Notes under the pieces: generated by a model
The model's database searches: none
What the model was told of the DNA's origin: nothing
What the model saw: only the letters and a program-made list of their open reading frames with translations
DNA from: Methylocella sp.
Lineage (GTDB): Bacteria; Pseudomonadota; Alphaproteobacteria; Rhizobiales; Beijerinckiaceae
Length of the DNA: 64,000 nucleotides
NCBI GenBank assembly: GCA_035515355.1
Contig: DATJBL010000064.1
Coordinates: 2,269 to 66,268, forward strand
Direction of reading: 5' to 3'
Shown here: positions 1 through 11,024 of the stretch, in pieces
Layout: every line of letters starts with the position of its first letter
Position numbering within the stretch: position 1 is the first letter of the stretch
Position numbers and translations under genes: made by a program

Positions 1-1
1 T

Positions 2-727
2 GCTTGGTTTTGGCAAGAACCGCAGCAAGGCAATCTGGTCCGTTGGGGCACGGCGCTGCATGACCGTTTCATGCTGCCGCATTTTGTCTGGGAGGATTTT
101 CTCGGCGTTCTCGCCGACCTCGAGCGGGCAGGCTATGCGTGCGATCCCGCCTGGTACCAGGCGCAGTTCGAATTCCGCTTTCCCTTCTTCGGCGCCGTCG
201 AGCACAGTGGCGTCAAACTCGAACTGCGGCAGGCGCTCGAACCTTGGCATGTGATGGGGGAGCAGGGCATCGCCGGCGGCACCGTGCGCTATGTCGATTC
301 CTCGGTCGAACGCTTGCAGATAAAGGTCAACGGCCTCGTGCAAGGCCGCCACATCATTGCCTGCAATGGGCGCCGTGTGCCGTTGACTGCAACCGGAACG
401 TCGGGCGAGGCCGTCGCGGGAGTCCGCTTCAAGGCCTGGCAACCCCCCAATGGCCTTCATCCGACGATCCCGGTTCATGCACCTTTGACGTTCGACATTG
501 TTGATAGCTGGAACGGCCGCGCGCTAGGCGGTTGCGTCTACCATGTCGCACATCCGGGCGGGCGCCACTACGAGACCTTTCCGGTCAACAACTTCGAGGC
601 GGAAGCGCGTCGGCTTGCCCGTTTCCAGGACCACGGACACACGCCTGGCGCTTTTGATCTGCCTGCGGAGGAGCGCTCGGCTGATTTCCCGTTGACGCTC
701 GATCTGCGCCGCCCCCGCGCCATCTGA
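2..727 (+). CDS. transglutaminase-family protein (DUF2126-type), C-terminal fragment; 5' end lies upstream of the window
   Basis: The frame is open from base 2 ([33 protein letters not shown]...) and runs into the listed 71..727 ORF. The sequence recalls the conserved C-terminal region of large DUF2126/transglutaminase-like proteins (recognised by eye, not searched). Confidence 0.6.
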   Translation, partial: AWFWQEPQQGNLVRWGTALHDRFMLPHFVWEDFLGVLADLERAGYACDPAWYQAQFEFRFPFFGAVEHSGVKLELRQALEPWHVMGEQGIAGGTVRYVDSSVERLQIKVNGLVQGRHIIACNGRRVPLTATGTSGEAVAGVRFKAWQPPNGLHPTIPVHAPLTFDIVDSWNGRALGGCVYHVAHPGGRHYETFPVNNFEAEARRLARFQDHGHTPGAFDLPAEERSADFPLTLDLRRPRAI

Positions 728-913
728 GGGCCTTGCATCGCGGCGAGGCACGATGAACTCCATGCTTGTGAAGCGGGGCGCATCGCTCTCGGCGATGAGA
801 AACCAGCAAATCTTTCCGATCGAAGAATAAAACCGGTATCTGCGGCCGTAACCTTAACCAGGCGTTAACCATACGTTGCGTAAATCGATGAAAGCGATTT
901 TCGAGGCGCCCCC

Positions 914-1717
914 GTGACAGCCGTTGCAACTTCCCGTCATTCCATAAGATTTCATGGCCGCTCCTACCACGCCATGGTTTTGGCGCCGGAGCCACCCTTG
1001 TCGAATTGGCTTACCGAGCTCGATGCCTGGCTCGCACGGTCGCCGGGGTTTTTCTTCGGGCGGCCGGTCGTGCTCGATGTTGCAGTTTTACAGCCTGGCA
1101 AGCAGGGCATCGCGGAACTCTTACAAGGCCTCGCCGAGCGCAATATCAAGGTGATGGGCATTGAAGGCGCCGAGCCATCGTGGCTCGACTTCGCGATGCC
1201 GCCGCTGCTTTTGAGCGGGCGACAATCGACTGGCCGCAGCGACGATCCTGCGGTTGCCGCGGCACTTGCTTCTCAGTCTTCCTCCGAAATTACCGTTTCT
1301 CCCGATCCCGCTCAGGAGGCAGCCGACGGCAGCTCCTCTCCGCCTGGGGCCGCAGCGCCTGCGGAGCCGCCCCCGCCGCCGCCGCCACAGCATCCAAATT
1401 CCCTTTTGCTGGACAGCCCGGTCCGCTCTGGTCAATGCATCGTGCATCCCGAAGGGGACGTGATTGTCGTTGGATCCGTCGCCTCAGGTGCCGAAGTCAT
1501 CGCGGGCGGTTCCATCCATATCTACGGTACGCTGCGGGGAAGGGCAGTCGCGGGTTCGCGCGATGCCCGCGCGCGGATTTTCTGCCGCAAGCTTGAAGCG
1601 GAGCTTCTTTCGATCGATGGCCTTTACATGGTCGCCGAGGACATGCCCGCACACCTCCGCGGCCAGCCTATCCAGGTTTGGCTCGAGGGTGATTCGATGG
1701 TGATGGCTCAGGACTGA
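914..1717 (+). CDS. minC: septum site-determining protein MinC
   Basis: 267-aa ORF immediately upstream of minD-minE. It has a Pro/Ala-rich linker (PPGAAAPAEPPPPPPPQHP) and a C-terminal beta-helix region (VRSGQCIVHPEGDVIVVGSVASGAEVIAGGSIHIYGTLRGRAVAG) typical of MinC. GTG start. Confidence 0.85.
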   Translation: MTAVATSRHSIRFHGRSYHAMVLAPEPPLSNWLTELDAWLARSPGFFFGRPVVLDVAVLQPGKQGIAELLQGLAERNIKVMGIEGAEPSWLDFAMPPLLLSGRQSTGRSDDPAVAAALASQSSSEITVSPDPAQEAADGSSSPPGAAAPAEPPPPPPPQHPNSLLLDSPVRSGQCIVHPEGDVIVVGSVASGAEVIAGGSIHIYGTLRGRAVAGSRDARARIFCRKLEAELLSIDGLYMVAEDMPAHLRGQPIQVWLEGDSMVMAQD

Positions 1718-1738
1718 GTGAAAATGGGAGACAAAAAC

Positions 1739-2554
1739 ATGGCCAAGGTTCTGGTCGTAACATCGGGCAAAGGAGGCGTCGGCAAGACGACGTCCACCGC
1801 GGCATTGGGCGCCGCACTGGCAACCGCCGGCAAGAATGTGGTGCTCATCGATTTCGACGTCGGGCTGCGCAACCTCGATCTCGTCATGGGCGCCGAGCGC
1901 CGCGTTGTCTATGATTTGATCAACGTCGTGCAGGGGGACGCCAAACTCGCCCAAGCCCTTATCCGCGACAAGCGTGTGCCAAGCCTTTCGTTGCTTCCCG
2001 CCTCGCAGACCCGCGACAAGGATGCTCTGACGGACGAAGGTGTTTCGAAGGTCATCACCGAATTGAAAGAAAAATTCGATTGGGTGATCTGCGACAGCCC
2101 CGCGGGCATCGAACGGGGCGCGACACTTGCCATGCGCCACGCCGATGTCGCGATCGTCGTGACCAATCCCGAGGTCTCCTCGGTTCGCGATTCGGACCGC
2201 ATCATCGGTCTTCTCGATTCCAAGACCGAGAAGGCGGAGAAAGGCGAGCGCATCGAGAAGCATCTTCTGCTCACACGCTTCGATGCGGCGCGCGCCGGTC
2301 GCGGTGAAATGCTGAATATTGCAGACGTCCTCGAGATCCTTTCCATTCCTCTTCTCGGGATCATTCCAGAAAGCAGCGAAGTTCTGCGCGCGTCCAATCT
2401 TGGTTCACCAGTCACGCTCAACAACCCTGTGAGCGCGGCGGCGCGTGCTTACTTCGACGCAGCCAAGCGGTTGAATGGCGAAGCGCTGGATGTGATTATA
2501 CCGAGTGACAGAAAGAGCCTGTTTGGCAAGCTGTTCGGACGGAGGGCCGCATGA
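1739..2554 (+). CDS. minD: septum site-determining ATPase MinD
   Basis: Deviant Walker [14 protein letters not shown], a full-length MinD/ParA-type sequence, and a C-terminal amphipathic helix ([11 protein letters not shown]). ATG 1739 is preferred over the upstream in-frame GTG 1718. Confidence 0.95.
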   Translation: MAKVLVVTSGKGGVGKTTSTAALGAALATAGKNVVLIDFDVGLRNLDLVMGAERRVVYDLINVVQGDAKLAQALIRDKRVPSLSLLPASQTRDKDALTDEGVSKVITELKEKFDWVICDSPAGIERGATLAMRHADVAIVVTNPEVSSVRDSDRIIGLLDSKTEKAEKGERIEKHLLLTRFDAARAGRGEMLNIADVLEILSIPLLGIIPESSEVLRASNLGSPVTLNNPVSAAARAYFDAAKRLNGEALDVIIPSDRKSLFGKLFGRRAA

Positions 2555-2955
2555 AACTCATCAATTTCTTCAAGCGCCCAAGCACCGCGCCAGTTGCGAG
2601 GGAGCGGCTCCAACTCCTGCTGGCGCATGAACGCGCTGTCTCCGGAAAATCCGATCTGATCGCCATACTTCAGGAAGAAATCATGGCGGTGATCGCCAGA
2701 CACTTCCCGGTGGAGCAGGAAGGAATCAAGGTCAAGATGGAGCGTGGCGAAGCCGTTTCGACCCTCGAAGTCGAAGTTGAGATTCCAACGCCCATGTGTC
2801 CAAGCTTTCCGTTGCCCGCCAAGCCGGCCAAGGTCGCCGCGCTCGTTCCGGGTGACTCGAGCGAACCGAAGAAGTTGGGCGAGGCGCCCGATCGCGATGA
2901 ATTGGCCTACGACACGGCCCCGGCGGAAATGGCCAAAACGGGCACCGAGGCATGA
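2551..2955 (+). CDS. minE: cell division topological specificity factor MinE (with C-terminal extension)
   Basis: ATGA overlap with the minD stop. The N-terminus [28 protein letters not shown] is MinE-like. At 134 aa it is about 45 aa longer than usual. Confidence 0.85.
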   Translation: MKLINFFKRPSTAPVARERLQLLLAHERAVSGKSDLIAILQEEIMAVIARHFPVEQEGIKVKMERGEAVSTLEVEVEIPTPMCPSFPLPAKPAKVAALVPGDSSEPKKLGEAPDRDELAYDTAPAEMAKTGTEA

Positions 2956-3154
2956 TCTCCAAAAGCTCCAGACTTTTCGGAAAAGATCATCCAAGGCAAC
3001 TCACCCATTAAAGGCGTGGCCCGGTTCCTTCGAGCCTGACCACGATTTGCCCCAGAGCATGATCGCATTTGGTGAATTGCTCCCGGGTTCTAAGGCTTTG
3101 CTTGTTGCAGAGGATCTTATCGTAAACGTCGGCAACTTATCTTCAAATGAAGCT

Positions 3155-3820
3155 CTAACGCGAAACATAGTCCGGCGCGGCTGTCGGGTCGCCGATCTGC
3201 AGCCATACATTCTGGTCAAATTGTGCCTGGCGTTTGACGAACCGGTAGCCGGTCCGGTCCCAGGATTTTACCTCGTCATTCAGATTGTCGAGGATGAACT
3301 CGCCGGCGTCGGTCTTGACGGTCAAGACGGCATGGCCCTCGTTGTGGGCATCCTTGGCGACTGTCATGAGGAGCGCCTGACGCGGAAAGCCTTCGAGGAG
3401 AAGGATCTTGCGCTTGAACAGCGCATAGTCTTCGCAATCGCCTTTGCCATCGGTTGGGTAATCCCATTGGTCGATCACGCCCCAATGGTCCATGTCCGAC
3501 ACCGATTTCACATGAGCATTCACCCATGTGTTGACCCATTCGATTTCCTTCATGGCTTTTGGCGTGAGAGTAATATCGAGCGCGGGAAGCACCCCAGCAT
3601 CGCACTCACCGGCGTAGCGGCGGCAGAATTCCGCCCAGCCATACGGCGTAGTGGTCTCACCGCCTATCAGGGCTGAAGAGGCCATGGGCGTGTTGGAGGA
3701 ACGGGGGGCTGCGGCCAGCGATGGGGTTAGCGCGATTGACCCCGCCTCAGCGGTGGCAATCAAAGACAGGGCCGCCGCGAAATTTGCGGCGTTATGTCTA
3801 AAATCCTTCCAATACCCCAT
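3155..3820 (-). CDS. transglutaminase-like cysteine peptidase (BTLCP family), secreted
   Basis: Putative Cys-His-Asp triad context (GKGDCEDYAL ... GHAVL ... ILDNL). A signal-like N-terminus follows MGYWKDFRHNAANFAAALSLIATA. ATG 3820 is chosen inside the longer 3155..3967 ORF. Confidence 0.8.
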   Translation of the reverse strand: MGYWKDFRHNAANFAAALSLIATAEAGSIALTPSLAAAPRSSNTPMASSALIGGETTTPYGWAEFCRRYAGECDAGVLPALDITLTPKAMKEIEWVNTWVNAHVKSVSDMDHWGVIDQWDYPTDGKGDCEDYALFKRKILLLEGFPRQALLMTVAKDAHNEGHAVLTVKTDAGEFILDNLNDEVKSWDRTGYRFVKRQAQFDQNVWLQIGDPTAAPDYVSR

Positions 3821-4184
3821 TTTTCCCGTCTCCCGCGCCTTTGCGTATGGGGACTGTGCCAACCTTACTTTGCGGCAGCGATAAGTAAAGTGATCGGATT
3901 TGATCAAAATAGAGCCGGGGGACCGGAAAACCATTGATGATGTGAAACATTTTTCAACGGACTGCATTGAATTGTGCGGACCGTTTTTCGCGAAGGCAGA
4001 TTGAAGTAAATCCTACAGCCAAGGAGTGCCGAGGTCACGCTTGGTCATTGGCCTTCAAGACATAAGTTTACTATATAAATTACGCTAGCGCGGGTTGAGA
4101 GCGCGCCGATCAAGTCGGGGGCTGCGGCATGAGTGTTTGTTGGGATGCGGCCATTTTCGGTGGCCGCGGTAAGCGAGGCTTCTC

Positions 4185-5090
4185 ATGAGTTCCCTGGTGA
4201 GCCAGGAGCCATCCAATTCCGGGGATTTCCTCCTCCCCGCGGGCGCGTCCAGGCTGTCGATCGAAGATCGCCAGGCTCTGGAACGCGCTGTGCGGGAACT
4301 CGAACGAACGAGTTTGGCGATCCGGTTGAGTTCGATTCTCGGACGGAAGGCGGGTGCCATCGGATCCATTCTGCCAGGAAACATCGCGGCAATCGCGAAT
4401 AGCGCGGCGGAGGCGGCTGTTCGAACTGGACTGGATTTCGCGCTGCGGAGCCTCGCTGGTAAGCCGGTCAAGGACAGGCGCCGTATGCATACGAGCATCA
4501 CGGTGCTCGCCGGCGCCGCCGGGGGCGCTTTTGGCATTTCGAGCCTTCCGGTTGAATTGCCTTTTTCCACCGCGATCATGCTGCGCTCGATTGCCGACAT
4601 CGGCCGTTCCGAAGGGCAAGACCTGTCAGATCCGCGAGCCGCGCTCGCATGCCTTGAGGTCTTTGCCTTTGGAGGGAGGGCCGGTTCCAGCCAAGCCGTC
4701 CGCCTGCCGGATGCCGATGATCAGGAGTCGAATCTGAGAGATGGCGCTATGCTGGAAACCGGTTATTTCGCGCTTCGCGCCATACTAGCGAAGTCGGTGA
4801 GCGAGGCCGCGAGCTACCTCGCGGCGCGGGGCGGCGCTCGCGAGGCGGCGCCGGCGCTGGTTCGCTTGGTGGTGCAGATCGCCAGCCATTTCGGAATTGC
4901 CATCTCGCAAAAAATTGTCGCTCAAAGCGTTCCGCTGATCGGCGCCGCAGGAGGAGCGGCGATCAATTACGCGTTCGCCGATCATTTTCAAGCGGTTGCG
5001 CGCGGCCATTTCACAGTTCTGAGGCTTGAACGCCGGTATGGCATTCTTGTCATCCGCGACGAATATGAAAGGCTGCGCAAAGGCGCGTGA
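4185..5090 (+). CDS. EcsC family protein
   Basis: 301-aa ORF. The central region VLAGAAGGAFGISSLPVELPFSTAIMLRSIADIGRSEGQDLSDP resembles the EcsC (PF12787-type) signature as I recall it. Confidence 0.65.
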   Translation: MSSLVSQEPSNSGDFLLPAGASRLSIEDRQALERAVRELERTSLAIRLSSILGRKAGAIGSILPGNIAAIANSAAEAAVRTGLDFALRSLAGKPVKDRRRMHTSITVLAGAAGGAFGISSLPVELPFSTAIMLRSIADIGRSEGQDLSDPRAALACLEVFAFGGRAGSSQAVRLPDADDQESNLRDGAMLETGYFALRAILAKSVSEAASYLAARGGAREAAPALVRLVVQIASHFGIAISQKIVAQSVPLIGAAGGAAINYAFADHFQAVARGHFTVLRLERRYGILVIRDEYERLRKGA

Positions 5091-5152
5091 GACAGGCAGC
5101 CGCCCACCTCGACAAGAGGACCTCGTTGATCTAAACGCCTGGCTTTTGAACT

Positions 5153-5746
5153 ATGGGTTTAATTATGAGAGTTTCAAGCGACCATCGCCGATGGGCGATT
5201 GCTTTATGGACAGTTGGTGCTTTGTCTGGCGCCTTCTTTCCGGGAACCGCCAAAGCTGGTTTTTTTGATTTTCTGTTTCCGCCTGCCGTCCAGGAGAGGC
5301 AGGCTTACTTTCCACGTCCCCGTTTCCACCGCCATTTCGGCCATGGTAGTTTCCATGGGCATACGGTCGCGGCGCACCGCAAGGTTTTACTTGCCGAGAA
5401 GGCAGATCATCCCGCGCGACCCTCAGGGCCGACGAACATCATGGATGATCAGAGTTTGAAGCGTGGCGATGCGGTGATGACGCAAGCCGGGATCAGGATC
5501 TTCGTCGGCTATTCCAGCACTCCCCACAGGCCGGGAGATTTTCGAAAAATTTCCGAAGTCAAGAAACTGTCCCAGCGGGAACGTAAAGCTCTTGCGGCGC
5601 TAGATACACCAGACGCGAATTCCGCTGGCCAATCAGCCCGTGGGCCCAGCGTAGCTCTAGGGCGGTCGGCGACCGAACGTAAGGTCACCGCGGGAGAAAC
5701 AATCACGGATCCGAACGGCCGAACAGTCCGCTACGTCGGCCCGTAA
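5153..5746 (+). CDS. hypothetical secreted protein
   Basis: Signal-peptide-like N-terminus (RRWAIALWTVGALSGAFFPGTAKA). No family recognised. Coding potential is judged from ORF length and the absence of a competing ORF. Confidence 0.5.
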   Translation: MGLIMRVSSDHRRWAIALWTVGALSGAFFPGTAKAGFFDFLFPPAVQERQAYFPRPRFHRHFGHGSFHGHTVAAHRKVLLAEKADHPARPSGPTNIMDDQSLKRGDAVMTQAGIRIFVGYSSTPHRPGDFRKISEVKKLSQRERKALAALDTPDANSAGQSARGPSVALGRSATERKVTAGETITDPNGRTVRYVGP

Positions 5747-5771
5747 TGGCGCCGCCGCCGGCCAGCGTGCG

Positions 5772-6518
5772 CTATCTGAAAAGATCCTGTTCGTTGCAGC
5801 TTCCAGCTTTCTCCTCGGTGTCCGCCATGGCGGTCAGCACGTCTGCCGCGATCGCCCTGGAGATCCGGCACTGGCGGGCCAAAGCCTCTCGGTCGAGCGC
5901 CTCGATAAAGGACCGCGCTGCGCCGAGCGAGCGCTCAAGCCTAAGAGCGATATAGCTGACCACACCAACGTCAACGACAAGCTGCCGGTCGATCAGGAGT
6001 TTGACGAGAACCGCCCGCATTAAGTCATCGTCCGGCGGCCCGATCGTGACTGAAGGCGCAAGGCGCAGCCGCGACAAAAGATCGGCGGTCCGCAAACCCC
6101 AGGAATCGGGTGGCGCCTTGGCGGTGAGCACCAGCGCCTTGCGGCGCTCGCGCATAAGATTGACGAGATGGAAAAGCTGCGCTTCGGCGCTGCCGATCGC
6201 GTCGGCGTCCTCGAGAAGAAGCGGCCCCGCTGCCACCAGCTCCTCGATATCAGCATCCGCCAAGGAAGCCGCGGGACGAATGTTGGCCTCGGCACGGGAG
6301 GCCCAGATCGCGCCAAGATGGCTTTTGCCAGCTCCCGGCGACCCCAGGATAAGCAACATCGGATCAGGCCAGTTCGGCCAGAGCTCGATCATCGCATAGG
6401 CGCGCTCATTCGAGCCCGACACGACGAAATTTTCAACCTCGAAGCCAGGCTCCGGGGCAAGTTCGAGAGTCAACTGAGCGCTTGCCAGGCGCGGCTTCCG
6501 GGGTTGATCCCCAGTCAT
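5772..6518 (-). CDS. hdaA: DnaA regulatory inactivator HdaA
   Basis: ~248-aa DnaA-domain-III-like protein with Walker A GSPGAGKSHL. Size and layout are typical of alphaproteobacterial HdaA. It sits next to the perM-like gene and purMN, as in many alphaproteobacteria. Confidence 0.8.
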   Translation of the reverse strand: MTGDQPRKPRLASAQLTLELAPEPGFEVENFVVSGSNERAYAMIELWPNWPDPMLLILGSPGAGKSHLGAIWASRAEANIRPAASLADADIEELVAAGPLLLEDADAIGSAEAQLFHLVNLMRERRKALVLTAKAPPDSWGLRTADLLSRLRLAPSVTIGPPDDDLMRAVLVKLLIDRQLVVDVGVVSYIALRLERSLGAARSFIEALDREALARQCRISRAIAADVLTAMADTEEKAGSCNEQDLFR

Positions 6519-7654
6519 TGCCGGGGTGTCCCCTCGCTATCGATAAGAATTTTAGGGTTGGGCCCGGACGTGCTGACATAAAGATCGCTTTCACGGTAGC
6601 GCTTGATTGCAAAGCGCAGGATCACTCCGGCTGTGGCGGCAAGCGGAACCGCCGTGATGAGGCCTGTAAAACCGAAAAGGCTGCCGAAGGCGAGAAGCGC
6701 GAAAATCAGCCAGACCGGATGCAGACCAACTGAGTCGCCGACGAGCTTCGGTGACAAAATATTGCCTTCGAGGAATTGGCCAATGAGAAAGACCGCCAGC
6801 GATAAGGCAAGCAGCTTCCATTGCGGCCAGCCCTGGACGATGGCGACGGTCGAGGACAAGATCAGGGCGGTTAACGAGCCGACATAAGGGATGAAGCTCA
6901 GGAGTCCGGCCGTGATGCCGATCAAAAGGCCGAAGTTGAGGCCGATCAGCGAAAGTCCGATCCCGTACCAGGCGCCGAGAAAGAGGCACACAAGCGCTTG
7001 TCCGCGCAAGAACCCTGCGAGGGCGGCATCGATCTCGCGTGCGAGCGCCCTCACAGTCTCGCGATGACGCAGAGGTACCAGTCCGTCGATCGTCGCGATC
7101 ATTTTATCCCAATCAAGAAGCATATAGAAAACAACGACAGGCGTTACGAAAAGGAGCGATAGCAGGCTGATCAACGCCGCGCCGCCAGTCACGAGCGAGT
7201 TCAAGAACGAAGCTGCCCATTGCGCCGCCTGGGCAATAAGATCCTGCGTGGCGGATGCGAACTCACCACTGGCCTTGGTGCCAAGTCCAAGTCTGTTCAG
7301 CAAGATGCCGCCATAATCTTGCAAGAGGCGCTGTGTTTCCTCCGAAATCAGGCCTTCGAGTTTGGTGGCATAGGTTGGCAATGCCGCGATGAAACTTGCG
7401 AGCTGACGCCAAAGGATCGGGAGGATCAAGATCGCGATCAGTCCGATGACGAGTGCACAGCCAGCCAATATGAAAAGGGTCGCGCCAAGCCTGCTAAAAC
7501 CTAATCGCTCCAGCCGGTCGGCGAGCGGATTCAAAAGATAGCCAATTGCGACGGCAGCGACGAAAGGCAGAAGCACGCCACTGAAAAGCCACAGCAGGAG
7601 AATGAGCAGCAAAAATGCGCCGATCCAAAATCCGATCTGCCATTCGATCCGCAT
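6515..7654 (-). CDS. AI-2E family transporter (PerM-like permease)
   Basis: Polytopic membrane protein with AI-2E-like C-terminal motifs (FIPYVGS ... GDSVGLHPVWLIFALL). ATG 7654 (MRIEWQIGFWIGAF) is preferred; the ORF is open up to 7768. Confidence 0.8.
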   Translation of the reverse strand: MRIEWQIGFWIGAFLLLILLLWLFSGVLLPFVAAVAIGYLLNPLADRLERLGFSRLGATLFILAGCALVIGLIAILILPILWRQLASFIAALPTYATKLEGLISEETQRLLQDYGGILLNRLGLGTKASGEFASATQDLIAQAAQWAASFLNSLVTGGAALISLLSLLFVTPVVVFYMLLDWDKMIATIDGLVPLRHRETVRALAREIDAALAGFLRGQALVCLFLGAWYGIGLSLIGLNFGLLIGITAGLLSFIPYVGSLTALILSSTVAIVQGWPQWKLLALSLAVFLIGQFLEGNILSPKLVGDSVGLHPVWLIFALLAFGSLFGFTGLITAVPLAATAGVILRFAIKRYRESDLYVSTSGPNPKILIDSEGTPRQ

Positions 7655-7795
7655 CGCCGTCGCCGCCCTCTCTCTGCTTTCGTGCCGGCCTGTGCTGGGA
7701 GTTTTTCGAGCCGCCGCCGAGTTTCGCTGGCCGGAATTCCATGTGCCTCGCTGCCAAGCGGCGGCCAACCAGCGGGCCTAGGCGGTATCTTCCCG

Positions 7796-8341
7796 TTAAA
7801 AATTCATGTGTTTGATCCACTGGCGGAAATAGGCGGCGGTCGAGGCAAGGGTCAGAGCTGCCACCGAGTAAAGCGAAAGATCGAACATGTGGCCAGCGGG
7901 AAAACTGAACGCCTTGGTGGCGAGAACCAACGCCGCGAAGCCGAGTTGCGCCGCCGTGTTGAGCTTCGAAATCATCAACGGCCTGACCTTCACCGGCTTG
8001 CCCAAGATAAGCGATATCATGAACGCGCCAATGATCATCAAGTCGCGGGCGACGACGATGATCGTGACCGTCGCCGGCACCGCCGCCACAATGGCGAGTG
8101 CCACGTAAATCGAAACGAGGAGCGCTTTGTCAGCGAGGGGATCGAGATAGGCACCAAGTTCGGTGGTCAGACTGAAGGTCTTGGCGATCCAGCCATCTAC
8201 CGCGTCGGAAATTCCAGCGATGATGAAAAAAATGCAGGCCTCTTTCCATCGTTCCGTGGCGATCATCGCGACGATCGCGGGCACGAGCAGGAAGCGGCCG
8301 AGCGAGATCAAGTTTGGCAAACTGCGGTAATAAGACTTCAT
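7796..8341 (-). CDS. CDP-alcohol phosphatidyltransferase family protein
   Basis: Signature D-x2-D-G-x2-A-[RK]-x8-G-x3-D-x3-D is present (SDAVDGWIAKTFSLTTELGAYLDPLADK). Start MKSYYRSLPNLISLGR at 8341; the ORF is open to 8404. Confidence 0.85.
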   Translation of the reverse strand: MKSYYRSLPNLISLGRFLLVPAIVAMIATERWKEACIFFIIAGISDAVDGWIAKTFSLTTELGAYLDPLADKALLVSIYVALAIVAAVPATVTIIVVARDLMIIGAFMISLILGKPVKVRPLMISKLNTAAQLGFAALVLATKAFSFPAGHMFDLSLYSVAALTLASTAAYFRQWIKHMNF

Positions 8342-8750
8342 CGGCTCGGTTCGATAATTTGAAGCCGCGGTGTTTGCGGAAGTGCCGCGAGACGTCTGTT
8401 CCACGACCGTCGGCGAGGGCTTCGAAGAACAGTGCCAAAGTTCTCAAGACCCAAACGTCCACGGCTTTGGAGGAGCCGCCGCAGGCAGGTCGCCGGAACG
8501 GCCGGAAGGACCGTTCGGCAGCCCGCTTGATTCGTGTAACATGATGGCGCCCACTCCCAAGAGCAAGATTTTTTCCGGGCGTGGTGAGGCCTATCCGCCG
8601 GATCTTGCCTTAAAAGGGGCCGGCGACTACAGGAGTTTGCCAAATCGCTGCAAGGGCTGGAAAAGAATACGTTAATTCGATCCTCTATGGCTCTTTTGGT
8701 CGCGATATGGAAAGACCTCTGGCAAGGGCGGGCTTTGCGCCGGGAGCGAT

Positions 8751-9815
8751 ATGACAGACAAGAATGGCCTCACCTATGCCAGTGCTGGCGTCGATATCGA
8801 TGCAGGCAATGCAATGGTCGAAAAAATCAAGCCGATCGTGCGGGCGACGAGACGGCGCGGTGCCGATGCCGAAATTGGCGGCTTCGGAGGCGTTTTCGAT
8901 CTTAAGGCGGCAGGCTTTCGCGATCCGCTCCTTGTTGCCGCTAATGATGGGGTCGGCACCAAGGTCAAAATCGCAATCGACACCGGCATACACGATATGA
9001 TTGGGATCGATCTCGTCGCCATGTGCGTCAACGACCTCGTCGTGCAAGGCGCCGAGCCGCTTTTCTTTCTCGATTATTACGCGACCGCAAAACTCGATCC
9101 CGAGGCTGCGGCGCGAGTCATCGGCGGGATTGCGCGGGGGTGTATCGAGGCCGGAGCTGCGCTGATTGGCGGCGAGACGGCCGAGATGCCTGGACTTTAT
9201 GCCGGGGCTGACTACGATCTTGCTGGCTTTGCCGTCGGCGCGGTGGAGCGTGATAAGCTTCTTCCGAGAGGGGACATCAAGGCCGGCGATGTGATCTTTG
9301 GCCTCGCCTCCTCCGGCCTCCATTCCAATGGATTTTCGCTGGTTCGGAAAATCGTCGCCCAAGCGTCGCTCGCCTGGATGGCCTCGGCGCCCTTCGAGAC
9401 CGGAAAGTCTCTGGCGGAGGCATTGCTCGCCCCGACCCGCATCTACGTGAAGCCAATTCTCCGGGTGCTGGCCGAGACAGAGGGCATCAAGGGGTTGGCG
9501 CATATCACCGGGGGCGGCTTTCCTGAGAATATCCCCCGAGTTCTGCCAGCAGACCTTGGGGCCCGTATCGATGTTGCGGCGATCCCCGTTCAAGCCGTCT
9601 TCCGATGGCTCGCGGCGGCGGGCGGTATTCGCCAGAACGAAATGCTGCGCACCTTCAACTGCGGCATTGGAATGGTTGTGATCGCCGGCTCTGACAAGGG
9701 CGGCGAGGTTTCCCGCGCCCTCCGCGCTGCCGGCGAGGATCCGGTTCTGCTTGGCGAAATCGTCCCCTGCGGGGCCAGCGAGCGGCTCATCCTTTCTGGG
9801 CGGCTCGGATTGTGA
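8751..9815 (+). CDS. purM: phosphoribosylformylglycinamidine cyclo-ligase (AIR synthetase)
   Basis: Full-length PurM-like sequence ([12 protein letters not shown] ... [10 protein letters not shown] ... HITGGGF). Confidence 0.95.
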   Translation: MTDKNGLTYASAGVDIDAGNAMVEKIKPIVRATRRRGADAEIGGFGGVFDLKAAGFRDPLLVAANDGVGTKVKIAIDTGIHDMIGIDLVAMCVNDLVVQGAEPLFFLDYYATAKLDPEAAARVIGGIARGCIEAGAALIGGETAEMPGLYAGADYDLAGFAVGAVERDKLLPRGDIKAGDVIFGLASSGLHSNGFSLVRKIVAQASLAWMASAPFETGKSLAEALLAPTRIYVKPILRVLAETEGIKGLAHITGGGFPENIPRVLPADLGARIDVAAIPVQAVFRWLAAAGGIRQNEMLRTFNCGIGMVVIAGSDKGGEVSRALRAAGEDPVLLGEIVPCGASERLILSGRLGL

Positions 9816-10474
9816 CGGCTCGGCGCAAGCGCACGGCTGTTTTGATTTCCGGACGCGGCTCCAACATGCGAGCTCTGGTCGAGCGCGCACGAGATCCTTC
9901 CTATCCAGCCGAAATTGCGCTTGTTTTGTCGAACCGGCCGGATGCGGCCGGTCTAAGATTCGCCGTGGAAGCCAAAATCGCCTGCGCTGTCACCGACCAC
10001 AAGCTCTATGCCAGCCGGGAGGAGTTCGAACGCTCGATGCAGATCTTGCTCGAATTGCATCGCATCGAGCTGATCTGCCTCGCGGGGTTCATGCGGATGC
10101 TGACGCCCTGGTTCGTCCGCCAGTGGCAGGGGCGGCTCTTGAACATTCACCCGGCGCTCCTGCCCGCCTATCGTGGTCTCGACACCCATGCGCGGGCTCT
10201 GGCGGACGGCGTCAAGATTCATGGTTGCACGGTGCATTTCGTGGTACCGGCCATGGATGAAGGCCCGATTATCGCGCAGGCCGCGGTCGCGGTTCTCGAT
10301 TCCGATACGCCCGAATCCCTTGCCGCACGGGTACTTGCGGAAGAACATGCGATCTATCCGGCGGCGCTTGCCTGCGTCGCAGAAGGGCATCTGCGAATCC
10401 AAGGCAATCGCGTCTTATCTTCGAGCTGCTCCGCGGGTCTGCCCGCACCCTTGCGGTTCCCGTTCAGCGACTAG
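9812..10474 (+). CDS. purN: phosphoribosylglycinamide formyltransferase
   Basis: Overlaps the purM stop by 4 nt. Motifs ISGRGSN and [16 protein letters not shown]. Confidence 0.95.
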   Translation: MTARRKRTAVLISGRGSNMRALVERARDPSYPAEIALVLSNRPDAAGLRFAVEAKIACAVTDHKLYASREEFERSMQILLELHRIELICLAGFMRMLTPWFVRQWQGRLLNIHPALLPAYRGLDTHARALADGVKIHGCTVHFVVPAMDEGPIIAQAAVAVLDSDTPESLAARVLAEEHAIYPAALACVAEGHLRIQGNRVLSSSCSAGLPAPLRFPFSD

Positions 10475-10493
10475 GTCGGGAATCGCTGATAGA

Positions 10494-10916
10494 CTACCCG
10501 ACGATCTCATTGCCAGAAAACCACTGCGAGATCTCGGCCAAGGCTGTTTCTGGCCCATCCGACCCATGCGCGGAATTCTCGCCAAGCGAGAGCGCAAATT
10601 CTTTGCGAATTGTTCCAGGCTCGGCTTTCGCGGGGTCGGTCGCTCCAAGCATGTCCCGATATTTCTTGATCGCATCCTCGGCTTCGAGCACCTGCACGAC
10701 GACCGGACCCGCTGTCATGGTTTCGACAAGTTTGCCGAAGAAGGGACGCGCCTTGTGGATGGCGTAAAAGGTCTCCGCTTGCTCGCGTGTCATCCGGACG
10801 CGCTTTTGCGCGACGATGCGCAGCCCCGCCTTTTCGATCAGTGCGTTGATCGCTCCGGTGAGGTTTCGCCGGGTCGCATCTGGCTTCAGAATGGAAAAAG
10901 TACGTTCGATCGCCAT
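10494..10916 (-). CDS. ndk: nucleoside-diphosphate kinase
   Basis: [23 protein letters not shown] ... [12 protein letters not shown]. 140-aa Ndk starting at ATG 10916 inside the longer ORF. Confidence 0.95.
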   Translation of the reverse strand: MAIERTFSILKPDATRRNLTGAINALIEKAGLRIVAQKRVRMTREQAETFYAIHKARPFFGKLVETMTAGPVVVQVLEAEDAIKKYRDMLGATDPAKAEPGTIRKEFALSLGENSAHGSDGPETALAEISQWFSGNEIVG

Positions 10917-11024
10917 GATGTTCCTGGATTGAAGAGAGCCAAAAAATGGGCGCCGCTTAATAGCGAATGTGGTGGCCAATGCAAAGGTGCAGGCTGACCT
11001 TAAGATCAACGGCTTCCACAAGCG

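Noticed and set aside
2744-3676. 310-aa plus-strand ORF overlapping the minE end and the BTLCP gene
   Set aside because: It is antisense to a protein with a clear transglutaminase-like Cys-His-Asp signature, and it overlaps the minE coding frame. No motifs were found.
8685-9890. 401-aa ORF antisense to purM
   Set aside because: The plus-strand product is an unmistakable full-length PurM. The antisense translation is Arg/Gly/Pro-rich and featureless, a typical high-GC shadow ORF.
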